A stretch of DNA of 63,011 nucleotides, the filler included, from Thraustochytrium aureum (Eukaryota): assembly GCA_012862495.1 (NCBI GenBank). It is 7 parts of 4 records of this genome, joined end to end, with 100 filler letters (N's around TTAATTAATTAA, not from the genome) between each part and the next. Parts side by side here need not be neighbours in the genome. Positions count along the whole stretch, not along the records: positions 1 to 19,187 come from BLSG01000407.1; 6 more parts are not named here. One strand, 5' to 3'. Position 1 is the first letter of the stretch. Every line of letters begins with the position of its first letter. Of the stretch, positions 1 through 9,970 are shown one piece after another. Position numbers and translations under genes: made by a program. The notes beneath the pieces are model-generated. The model was not told the origin of the DNA. It did not search any database and was given only the letters and a program-made list of their open reading frames with translations.

Positions 1-1749
1 GTGTCGCCTCCTTCGCCCTCCACCACGACTTCCCACTTGACCGTCGCGCTGAGGTCGTAGACCGGGGCAGGGCTTTTGCGGGAGACCACGATCTGCGCGT
101 GGCCGCCCACATTCTTCACCTTGGTGACACGTGCCACGACCTGGGCCCCGCCCTCCGCGGGCAGAGACACGCGAACCTTTGAGAGCGCTGCCGTCAGGCC
201 GTCCTTGGCCTGGGTGCTCACATCGCGCTCCTCCCAGGTCGTCCCGTTCGCGTTCCAAGCGGAAGGGGCCGCGGAAACCTCGGCTGGCGCAGCGCCCGCG
301 TCGTCGGCAGTCTGGTCCCCGCCGATCTTGCTTGGGCGCGTATGAGAGGCCGCCGCCAGGATGGCCTTCTCCTCCTCGGTGTGGTTGGTGCGAAAGTAGC
401 AATAGCCTTTCTTCTTTGTTTCGGAGATGGCCTTGAGGTCCTCCTCGTCCAGGTCCAGCTCGTCGTCGGCCTCGCCCTCCTCGCGCTTGCGGCGCTCTTC
501 GGCAGCACGCTTGCGGCGCTCCTCGTCCTCCTTGGCGCGGCGCTCCTTCTCCTCGGCCTCTTGGCGCTTCTTTTCCTCTTCCTTGCGCTCGTCGTCCTGC
601 TTGCACCAGTCCTCGAACGAGAGCTTGGAGCCGTCAGCCTCGGTCGCCTTTTTCCACTCTTGGCGCCGCAGCCGCTCGGCCTCGATTTTGGCGAGCGCCT
701 TGCGCTTGCGCTCCTGGTCCTTGTCCTTGTACATTCCGCCGGCCTTGGAGACCTTTTCGAAGGCGGCCGCGTACTGCTTGCGCTCTAGCTCGCGCGTCTC
801 TTGCAGGTCCTTCTTGACCTTGGCGTACAGCCGCAGCGCGTCCTTGTTGCCGCGGTCCACCTTGAGCAGCTCGACCAGGTCGGCCTTGGCCTCCTCCATG
901 AACGCGCTCATCTGCGCCCTTGCCTGTGCGCGCCGGAAGAGGCCCTTGACGCGCGACGCCTCCGCAGTCGCTTTGATGTGCTTGCCGTGCGCGGCGATCT
1001 GCGCGAGTGCCGCGCTCGCGCTCTCGGCCCCGGCAGACCACATCTCGAGGCGGATCTCCGCAGCGGCCTTGTTGAGGTGCAGGCTCACCTGGAGCGCGAC
1101 CTGGGCCTCCTTGAGCGAATCCATCAGCTCTGGTGGCGAGAGGTCGACGAGCGGCTTGAGCACGCCCAGCGCCTCGCCGTACAGGTCGGCGGCGGCCGCG
1201 TTGTCCTTGCTGGCGAACTTTTCNNNNNNNNNNNNNNNNNNNNNNNNNNNNNNNNNNNNNNNNNNNNNNNNNNNNNNNNNNNNNNNNNNNNNNNNNNNNN
1301 NNNNNNNNNNNNNNNNNNNNNNNNNNNNNNNNNNNNNNNNNNNNNNNNNNNNNNNNNNNNNNNNNNNNNNNNNNNNNNNNNNNNNNNNNNNNNNNNNNNN
1401 NNNNNNNNNNNNNNNNNNNNNNNNNNNNNNNNNNNNNNNNNNNNNNNNNNNNNNNNNNNNNNNNNNNNNNNNNNNNNNNNNNNNNNNNNNNNNNNNNNNN
1501 NNNNNNNNNNNNNNNNNNNNNNNNNNNNNNNNNNNNNNNNNNNNNNNNNNNNNNNNNNNNNNNNNNNNNNNNNNNNNNNNNNNNNNCGTCGAGCTGCTTT
1601 TTGCGCTCTGCCGCCGGCTCGTCGGCCTTGCCGTCGTTGGGCTCCGGCGCTTCCTCGTCGGCCTGCAGCGCCTCGCCGTCCGCTCCGAGGCGTCCGGCTT
1701 GGCCGCTCGCCGCCTCAGCGGGGGCGTCCATCGGCGGCTCCTCGCCCAT
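1..1749 (-). CDS. TPR-repeat + charged coiled-coil + Aha1_N-like domain protein (probable Hsp90 co-chaperone); interrupted by N gap, 3' end beyond window
   Basis: Manual minus-strand translation, not in the ORF track. Starts MGEEPP at 1749. After the gap come TPR helices (LYGEAL...LHLNKAAAEIRLEMW...VKGLFRRAQARAQM...AKADLVELLKVDRGNKDA), an E/K/R-rich coil, then SAWNANGTTWEERD and a beta-rich segment (VTKVKNVGGHAQIV...YDLSATVKWEV) resembling Aha1_N. Confidence 0.7.
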
Positions 1750-2432
1750 CCTCCACGGCACACGGCAGCCGGCGGCGCGCTTCGAGGTCTTGGACGTCTG
1801 GCACGATCGATCGGATCCGGCCAAGGGCGATCGAGATCGGCCGAACTGGCGCGATGCCAGGGCCCTGCTACGCGCGCAGCGTCGGCGGTCGACGGACGGC
1901 GAAGGCGACTGAGGCAACCTAAGTAGCGACCCCGACACGCCGCCGGCGCCCTGCCTGCTCCGATCCTGCCCCGCTTCGAGGTTTGCCTCTTCGTTCTGGA
2001 AAGAGCACTGCGGCGCTCGTGTCGAACTTGCTTGAACCAACGAGCTCCTCGACTACTTTCATACTTGGTTGGCTGACCCCTTGCTGCACGAACGTGTCGC
2101 TCGGATGGCGGACGCTTCGCGGCAACTCTTCGTGGCAACTCTTCGTGGCAAGGATGGTGCCGCGATGGTCGCAGCATCGCGCGACGTGCAGCAGGCGCAG
2201 CGGCAAACTGGGGAGGCCGCGACGTCGTCGGCGCGCAAGCGAGTTTGACGTCGACGTCGGTCGCCCGCATCGGCGCCTGCTTAACGGCTCGGCGGTGGGG
2301 AAGGGGGCTCACAGCGAGCGCAGCGCCGCAAGGCTGGCCGCCGGGGGTCGATGCCGCCAGCAACCGTCTGTTCGCCGTACGTCGGGAAAGCGAGCTACCC
2401 CGCCAGCTCTACTAGTAGAGATACTTTGTCAA

Positions 2433-3668
2433 TTAGTTCGCTTCGATCTGCGCGAACGCCGCGTCCATTGCATTCACATCCACGGCCGTGGCGTCCAGGT
2501 AGACGCTCGCGCAATTGAGTCCGGAGGCAACGCTGGCAGTCACGTCGTGCTCGAACGGTTCTCGGGCCAGCATGAGAATGAGGGGCTCTGCCGTGGAGCC
2601 CCACCTCTCAAAGGTCTCCAGCGCCGAGCTTATCGACGCGAAATCGCACAAGTCAAGAACGGCTGCGAATTGGGCCTCGTCGGCTTCCGCTTGACGGTCC
2701 TCGGATGCGGTCTCAGGCCTGCACCTGTGCCACAACAGCTCTTGCGTAGCTGGGTCTGCAACGGAAAACACCGGCACCCCCTTCGACGCAAAGGCGGAAC
2801 GAAGCTCCATCGTCGTTTCGAGCAGCTTGCCCGTCGGGTTGCTCCCAGGCGCCTGGTCGACGAGGACCAGACCGATGGGCAAGTCCGGCCCTGCCAGCTC
2901 AAGCATCGTGTCCAACTCCTCGCGCGATGTCAGTTCCTCGTCCGCGCGAATGCCAAAGTACACCTTGCCGTCCAAGCCGGCGTCGCCAAACATCTTGTTC
3001 GCCCGCCAGATTTGCCTCCCCAATCCAGAATCACCGTCTCGCCCCGATGGGCGCAGGGCTTCAGCAAGAATCTGCATCGCAGCTCCCTTCGCTTCTGCAG
3101 CACAGAGAAAGCTCAAGCCACTGCCGTGGAGCTCCATCACGGCGACTGGGGCTCCTGGCACGGTGCGCCCGACCTTGCCTGCGATGTACGAGCTCAGGCT
3201 CTTCTTGCATGCGGCTGCTCCGGCCCGTGCTGTCGCGATAGACAGGGCCATGCTGACCTCTGGCACGCGAGAGAGGCCGTTTCTCAGCGCGAGGTCGTCC
3301 ACGCCGTTCTGGTCGGTCGGATCAACGCCAAGCAAGAGGCGCGCAACCTCGGTCGAGAGGTCGTTGCAGACGTCCTCAATCACGTCCGCAGGGAACTTTG
3401 CCGCCTCAAACCCCGCGCCTTCGAGTTGCAAGCCCAGCTTGCCAGCGCGGAACGGGTGCAGCTTGTAGTTCTTCACGCGGCCCTCGAACGGCCCGTCGTG
3501 CGTCGTCACCGTCACCTTGACCGAGCCGCTCTCCGCCAGGTGCTCACACTCGACGCCCAGCACTCTCGACGCCTCGATGCTGCTCGAAAACGAGGCGGCG
3601 CACCTCCGCGCCACTCCCGCCCGCCGGAGCGCGCTTCTCGCCGCCCACGGCACGCACGGCCAGGCCAT
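2433..3668 (-). CDS. Enolase-fold protein lacking catalytic motifs, with Arg/Ala/Ser-rich N-terminal presequence (putative mitochondrial pseudo-enolase)
   Basis: 411-aa ORF collinear with enolase. VKVTVTTHDGPF matches VEVEVTTEKGLF; LLLGVDPTDQNGVDD matches ALIGKDPTEQxxID; MALSIATARAGAAACKKSLSSYIA matches LGVSLAVAKAGAAxxGVPLYxHIA; C-terminal ASVASGL...FAQIEAN matches ADLVVGL...LLRIEEE. Confidence 0.65.
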   Translation of the reverse strand: MAWPCVPWAARSALRRAGVARRCAASFSSSIEASRVLGVECEHLAESGSVKVTVTTHDGPFEGRVKNYKLHPFRAGKLGLQLEGAGFEAAKFPADVIEDVCNDLSTEVARLLLGVDPTDQNGVDDLALRNGLSRVPEVSMALSIATARAGAAACKKSLSSYIAGKVGRTVPGAPVAVMELHGSGLSFLCAAEAKGAAMQILAEALRPSGRDGDSGLGRQIWRANKMFGDAGLDGKVYFGIRADEELTSREELDTMLELAGPDLPIGLVLVDQAPGSNPTGKLLETTMELRSAFASKGVPVFSVADPATQELLWHRCRPETASEDRQAEADEAQFAAVLDLCDFASISSALETFERWGSTAEPLILMLAREPFEHDVTASVASGLNCASVYLDATAVDVNAMDAAFAQIEAN

Positions 3669-4457
3669 CGCCGTCCCGCTTCAACGCCGACGCAGCGCCA
3701 GCGCCAGCACCAGCGCCAGAAGCAAGAGCGCAGCGTGGGCTCGGCAGCGCGTGCACGCCGCAAAGGCCCCGCGAACAGCAGCCAAACTGCCCGCGCCGCG
3801 GCATCGCAGTTCGTGCGCGCCCTGCAACCCTCGTGCGTCCGTCCGCCCCGCGCGCAGCGCGTTCGTTCAGCTTTTGGATGATGATCAGCTGACTCACCGC
3901 GGTNNNNNNNNNNNNNNNNNNNNNNNNNNNNNNNNNNNNNNNNNNNNNNNNNNNNNNNNNNNNNNNNNNNNNNNNNNNNNNNNNNNNNNNNNNNNNNNNN
4001 NNNNNNNNNNNNNNNNNNNNNNNNNNNNNNNNNNNNNNNNNNNNNNNNNNNNNNNNNNNNNNNNNNNNNNNNNNNNNNNNNNNNNNNNNNNNNNNNNNNN
4101 NNNNNNNNNNNNNNNNNNNNNNNNNNNNNNNNNNNNNNNNNNNNNNNNNNNNNNNNNNNNNNNNNNNNNNNNNNNNNNNNNNNNNNNNNNNNNNNNNNNN
4201 NNNNNNNNNNNNNNNNNNNNNNNNNNNNNNNNNNNNNNNNNNNNNNNNNNNNNNNNNNNNNNNNNNNNNNNNNNNNNNNNNNNNNNNNNNNNNNNNNNNN
4301 NNNNNNNNNNNNNNNNNNNNNNNNNNNNNNNNNNNNNNNNNNNNNNNNNNNNNNNNNNNNNNNNNNNNNNNNNNNNNNNNNNNNNNNNNNNNNNNNNNNN
4401 NNNNNNNNNNNNNNNNNNNNNNNNNNNNNNNNNNNNNNNNNNNNNNNNNNNNNNNNN

Positions 4458-5272
4458 GCAAGGTAAAACGACGCGAGCATCATGACAAGCGCGTTTCGCC
4501 TGTCGAGCGCAATCGACGCAGAGCCGCTCTGGTCTTGGGTTCCTAGCCGGTCGTTGAGGACCTCTTGGCCTGAGAGAACCACAATCACCCCATTTTCGGA
4601 TTCCACACCATTCTTGCTTGGAAACCACGCGCACCTCGCGGGACTGGTCTGCTTCCCGCTGCAGTCCAGCTGGTCCTGATCTTGGAAATACGCCACAGTA
4701 GGAGGGTCACCCTTTTCGAGTCGAAAAATACCGCCCAGGCATCCGGGGTCGGCAAAAGTGAGGGGAGTGGGTTTCTTCTTGTCCTGCGAGCCCAGGTCTG
4801 CCCAGACCTTTCCAAGGTCACCTCCGGCGGCTGCAGCTTGGCAAGAGTCTTCGACGGTTCGCACGATGAAAAAACCGAGTAGGTCATCTATGTTCTTCGT
4901 GACGATCTGCGTCTCGAAGGAAAAGTCACCGGCGAGTGCCTTGCAGCCCAGCTCCCAGATCGGCAGCTTTTCCCCAGCGTCATTCGGCTCCGTGCAGGCC
5001 GCGTCGTTGTACGCCATCGGAACAATCGTCGTCGCGTTAGCCAAGTCGACACGTTTCCACTGCATGAACCCATGTGAATAACGGTGGCAAAGGTCGAGTA
5101 GAGAGTATTCGACTCCTTGGAATTCGCGCGGGTTTGGCTCCCCCGAGCAGTTGTTGGAGTCCGGGTAGACCGAAACAGCCACAAGTTCCACGAGCGTCGT
5201 GTTCGAGGCGCTCGCGAGACTGGCGCATGAGATCGCCGCGGCCGCAGCAAAGAGCAAGCACCGTCGCGCCAT
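4458..5272 (-). CDS. Secreted/surface Cys-containing protein, probable GPI-anchor tail; 3' end runs into N gap
   Basis: Signal peptide MARRCLLFAAAAAISCASLASA; repeated Y-x-D-x(2-6)-C motifs (YPDSNNCSG, YNDAACT, YFQDQDQLDCSG); C-terminal SGSAS followed by hydrophobic ALVMMLASFYL. Confidence 0.6.
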
Positions 5273-5287
5273 TCTTCCCTTTGCGCT

Positions 5288-5363
5288 TTGTACTAGGCTG
5301 CCTGCCCCGTGCGTTGTACTAGGCTGCCTGCCCCGTGCGTTGTACTAGGCTGCCTGCTCCGTT
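5288..5363. repeat. Tandem repeat, 26-bp unit TTGTACTAGGCTGCCTGCCCCGTGCG, about 3 copies, just upstream of the secreted-protein ATG
   Basis: Read directly from the sequence. Confidence 0.9.
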
Positions 5364-6565
5364 GCGATGGGTGATTGCTTGCTCCGTTGCGACGTGTGCA
5401 AAGGGGGCGGTCGCAACTTGACTCGCAAGGTTTGATTGATGTACTCCATGGTGTTAGTGGGTTACCTACGAGAAAGTATAGGAGTTCAGTCTCTAGCTAG
5501 CTAGAGGTACTTACTCCATGGATTGGGTGGGTGTTACGCTACGACAGGAGGTAGGCCTACTAGTAGGTACGAGTACCGGTACTACGCTTGCGCGGGAGTA
5601 GGTATCACGGTTCACGGCTCATGGCTGCTGAGAGTCTTGACAAGATTTCGAAGTTTGGGCGAACATCATGAAGTTCGGGGCACTTTAAAGATCAGACATA
5701 AATGCTATAAACCTACTTCGCGGCGCGAAATTCGTCAGAAAATGGTGTCGAAATCTGCTGTGACTTCCGGCCCAGAGTCCCGACGTGGACGAAAACTACT
5801 CGGTGCTGGAGCTGACCCCAGCAGCAACTTGAAGGAGGTCGGTCACTCATGCTTATCTCGTAGGTATGTGCTCCCCAGCGTGCGCAGTGTCCGGAGTGGA
5901 AAATTGTGCTGGGATTTTTGTGGGCCCAAACGTCAGCACGAGGTCTGCCAGTGGGTTGGAGAAGACGGCCAACGGGCGCGAACGGGCATTGCAAGAAGAA
6001 GAACGACTCGGAGGCCCCTTTGAAGCTCGCCAGTGTTGGCACGCCATGATCGCCTGACTCATGGCCAGAGTCTACGATCCGCTGCGAGGTTTGAATCCAT
6101 CAGGATGCTCGTTACGCGCTCTGTTGACCGGTGGAGTGCATTGGCAAAATGGCAGAAAAGTCGGGGAAACCAGCTCAATTTACGCCTAAGCGTTTTGAGT
6201 CTGTTCTGACCGCAGGAAAGAGTTCCGTGCTTCTCTCAGTGCTCCTCTGCTCTCCAGCGCGTGCAGGACACATGTCAGGACCCTGTGGTCTCCAAACTCG
6301 AATACTCGCATGTCGGCCACGATGATGACGGACGTTGGTTGGCGTGGACCACTGGGTCGAACAAACCGTTCAGTCTGGCCCGCGCACTTGCCGGCTTGTC
6401 TCATACCAGAGCTAGAAGAAGCACGATGGGCGCGCTCCCTTGGCAGGCAACACGCGCGCTCTGGTCTGGTCTTGGCACGACGCGCGATGGTGCGATGAAG
6501 CGCTGCAATGTCTTCGCAGACCCGCATTGATCGAAAACTGATTTGCACAAGAAAAGGCTTTTTCC

Positions 6566-6709
6566 AGCGATCCAAGGCCACGGCAGAGTCGAACGCGGCC
6601 AGGGGCAAGAATAGCGATCCAAGGCCACGGCAGAGTCGAACGCGGCCAGGGGCAAGAATAGAATAGCGATCCAAGGCCACGGCAGAGTCGAACGCGGCCA
6701 GGGGCAAGA
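6566..6709 (+). repeat. Tandem repeat, about 47-bp unit AGCGATCCAAGGCCACGGCAGAGTCGAACGCGGCCAGGGGCAAGA(AT), 3 copies; last copy runs into the astacin ATG
   Basis: Copies start at 6566, 6613 and 6665. Confidence 0.95.
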
Positions 6710-8655
6710 TGCGCAGCGCAATCGTGGCGGTTGTCATTCTCAGCTGGGGTGGCCTTGCGCGAGGCGGCCTGAGGCGGCAGCTCGAAGCTGGCGCAGAGTG
6801 GGAAGGGAGCGGGGCTCGTTCGAAGGGGGATATCGTGATCTCCGAAGAAGAACTCGCTAGCCAGTACGGAGCCGAGACAGCGCGGGGGGCTCGCGAGGCG
6901 GGGGTGCTGACTCCCGTCGAGAACGGCCGACGAAACCTCGGGCTCACGAGCACGCTAGAATTGTGGACGGAGCGCGACCCGGTCGACGGCAAAGTGATCA
7001 TCCCGTACGAGATCTCATCCGAGTGCTTGCCCTCGTCAAAATGCACCAATCCTGGCTGCAAGTACTCTCCCGAGGAGGTACGCGAAATCCGGAGAGCGCT
7101 CGATATATTCGAGCAGCAAGTTGGTGTTGTCAAGTTTCCCAACTACAACCCAAACGTGGCAAGCCACCGCTTGAACTTTGTCAGAATTCAATGCAAGCCT
7201 GAGTGCTCAAGCAGGATCGGCCGACTAGGTCGAGGCAGCGGCGCACAAACGCTTCAGCTGAAGCCGCACGACGGGAGCTCGAGCTGCGTGAGCGTCGGGA
7301 TAATCCATCACGAGGTTGAGCACGCGATGGGGATCTGGCACGAGCAGTCGCGGCCCGACAGGGACAGTTTCGTCACCATACTTGAAGAGAACGTGATCTC
7401 GGCGGATCTCCACAACTTTGACAAGCGAAGTGCCACAGAGATTGACAGCCTTGGTATTTCGTACGACTACGCAAGCAGCATGCACTATCACGCCAACGCG
7501 TTCTCTTCCAACGGTAAACCTACCATCGACGCCCGCGGCAACGCAACCGGACAAAGATCCGAGCTTTCGCCCAAAGACATTGAGCAGATCCGTCTGTTGT
7601 ACAAGTGCCCCGGAGGCGGGCGGCGGGCCACGAACCTCTGCTCTAGGGATTGCCCCTGCGCGCTCAACGAGGGCGATTGCGATAGTGACGACGATTGCGC
7701 TGTCGGCCTGGTGTGTCAGAAAGGCAGGACGGGCAGGGAGGTTTGTGTCCCTCACGCAGAGCGCTGTTCGATATCAAAACCCTGCCCACTCGATTGGGGT
7801 CACTGCGAATCAGACGCAGAGTGTGAAGGCGACCTCGTGTGTGCGGATTGCGGCGGCATCGATCGTTGCCGCAAACAGCATGGACGTGGCTATTTTATGT
7901 CCAAAACGGCACCGACGCGTCCAGAAAACGCTCGTCTCATCGAGCTGCTCGACGCCAAGTACAACATGTGCATGGACTACCACATGAGATCTCGAAACGC
8001 GTACATGTACAAGTGCCACGGTGGCGAAAACCAGCGGTTCTACATCACCCGAGAGGGTTTCATCAAGACCCCATTCGACACCTCCTACTGCTTGGAGTGG
8101 GACCAGTGGTCCAACGTCCGTTTTCTCGGTTGCAACGGCGGCTCGAACCAGCGGTTCAGGTTCTCCAGCTCCCGCATTCGCCTCAAATCCAACACAGCGC
8201 TGTGCCTCGACTACGACCCGAGGAACGCAAACCTGAAAATGTCAAGTTGCCACGAGGGTTACAACCAGCGCTTCCGCTGGTCAGACTACGCGCGATCTAT
8301 CAAGCTGCTCGACGAAACGCGAAGCAACTTGTGCGTCGACTTTCACCTCACGACTGGGAATGCATACATGCACCCTTGCCACGGTGATTCCAACCAACAG
8401 TTCCACATTACACGAGAGGGCCTCATCAAACCCGCGAAGGACAAGGCACCCTGCTTGGACTGGGATCTGAGAGCGAACGTCTACTTTCACCCGTGTCACG
8501 GCGACACGAACCAGCAGTTTAAATTCTGGTTTGACGGCCGCGTTCGCGTCAAAGCCAACCCAACTCTGTGCCTCGCCTACGACCCGTCGAGCACAAACCT
8601 GTTGATGGCTAAATGCGAAGACGACAAAAACCAGTTCTTCCGCTGGTCTGACTGA
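6709..8655 (+). CDS. Secreted astacin-family (M12A) zinc metalloprotease with Cys-rich repeats and two C-terminal ricin-B (beta-trefoil) lectin domains
   Basis: Signal peptide; prodomain GDI motif; [19 protein letters not shown] (HExxHxxGxxHE); Met-turn YDYASSMHY; two C-x-x-x-x-PC...G(D/H)C(D/E)SD..C..(G/D)LVC repeats; six C-x4-NQxF subrepeats. Confidence 0.93.
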   Translation: MRSAIVAVVILSWGGLARGGLRRQLEAGAEWEGSGARSKGDIVISEEELASQYGAETARGAREAGVLTPVENGRRNLGLTSTLELWTERDPVDGKVIIPYEISSECLPSSKCTNPGCKYSPEEVREIRRALDIFEQQVGVVKFPNYNPNVASHRLNFVRIQCKPECSSRIGRLGRGSGAQTLQLKPHDGSSSCVSVGIIHHEVEHAMGIWHEQSRPDRDSFVTILEENVISADLHNFDKRSATEIDSLGISYDYASSMHYHANAFSSNGKPTIDARGNATGQRSELSPKDIEQIRLLYKCPGGGRRATNLCSRDCPCALNEGDCDSDDDCAVGLVCQKGRTGREVCVPHAERCSISKPCPLDWGHCESDAECEGDLVCADCGGIDRCRKQHGRGYFMSKTAPTRPENARLIELLDAKYNMCMDYHMRSRNAYMYKCHGGENQRFYITREGFIKTPFDTSYCLEWDQWSNVRFLGCNGGSNQRFRFSSSRIRLKSNTALCLDYDPRNANLKMSSCHEGYNQRFRWSDYARSIKLLDETRSNLCVDFHLTTGNAYMHPCHGDSNQQFHITREGLIKPAKDKAPCLDWDLRANVYFHPCHGDTNQQFKFWFDGRVRVKANPTLCLAYDPSSTNLLMAKCEDDKNQFFRWSD

Positions 8656-9911
8656 GCCAGTGCCGGCCCAAACCCCAACTCGTTCAGCCGTAGCCGAGCA
8701 CGTGACGCTGGTGACGCGAGGGAGGAGGACCCTGCCAGGGACGACGGCTACAGTAGTCCTAGAAGCAACTTCCATTTCATTTTGACTTGATCGGCCGGCC
8801 GACAGGCCCACTTCCTGCCTGGCCTGGCCAGGCCTGGCCGCGTTGTGATCTCGACCGCGCTTTCGTGACGAGGCTTTTGCTAGCCAAGTAGCAAGAGAGC
8901 AATGACAGTGCCCTTCGAGATCGACGCCACTGCTCGCACTGCAAGCCTCGTCGTCGTTTTCGTTTCGTTTTGCAACTTCGACCGGGATCGTCTTTGAACT
9001 CCATCTTGGACCCGGCTTGCCCTCGTGTGCTCGAGTGAGGAATGGAACAGGTGTTTCTGGTTGAGGGGTCCCACTTCATGCAAACATCCGTCGCGGGCGA
9101 GGACAGGCCGGCCTGCGTTGCGGTGATGCTTCTCGGCCTGCCCGCTGGCAGAACACCCGCATCCATGCACCGAGTCTCGGCGATACATTGGAGGGTTTTA
9201 ACTCCAGCGAGGCCAGGCACTTTACCCCCATTTAGCACTTAACTAGCGCGTGCTTCCTCCAACCTATTCACAGCCGGAAATGCGGTGCGCTTGTTAGCGC
9301 CAGCCATTCTTGCCTCATAAGCCTGAGTTAGGTACGCCTCCTGAGTAAGTAGAGTATAGAGTACTGTGAGCGGCCCAAGAGAACGAGTTATAACACCGCA
9401 AGACCGCAGCGCTCTTGAGGCGCTTGGCACGGGCGGCTCGGAGGCGCGCCACGAAGTCGTGTGAAGTCACGTGAAGCGCCAGCCAAACGACTCGGAACGG
9501 GCAAAGAGCAACACACTCGCAGGGGGACTTGTCCAGCATCGCGCCCAGCGGCTGCGAGCGGCCCTCGAGCGGCCCTCGAAGGCCGCTCGCCTGCGCGCAG
9601 CAGCCAGTGATTGTTGCCGGCCTGCGCGAGCTCCGGTCCAACCACTGGCGGGCGCCGTGGACCGGCCTGATCATGATGTCGATTGTTGTTGGTGGTGAGT
9701 GAATTGTGGGCTTTCTTGCGCTGGCGCCAGAGTTGGTTGGTTCGTGGTGAGCGCCCTGCGCCCTGTGAGGGACCGCTGAGCGGGTGGTCGCCGCTGTTGC
9801 TCACCTTGGCGATACGCCTGGGCGAGATAGGCGCGCAAGGTGGTGGAGTTGCTCAACCGATTCGCGCTGCAGCAGACACCAAACGCCCGCAAGCCCCACC
9901 AAGAACAAAAC

Positions 9912-9913
<2 letters not shown>

Positions 9914-9942
<29 letters not shown>
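9914..9942. repeat. (CAG)n microsatellite upstream of the RRM gene
   Basis: Read directly from the sequence. Confidence 0.9.
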
Positions 9943-9970
9943 CCAGCACCAGAAACAAGAGCAAGTCAAG

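Noticed and set aside
1983..3881. Long antisense/alternative-frame ORFs (e.g. 1983-3881 +, 9671-11206 -, 21376-24036 +, 59601-60410 +)
   Set aside because: Shadow ORFs expected opposite GC3-rich genes or extended through N runs; no protein motifs.
6055..6115. GGTTTGAATCC resembling a tRNA T-loop
   Set aside because: No acceptor stem, D-arm or anticodon arm could be built around it.
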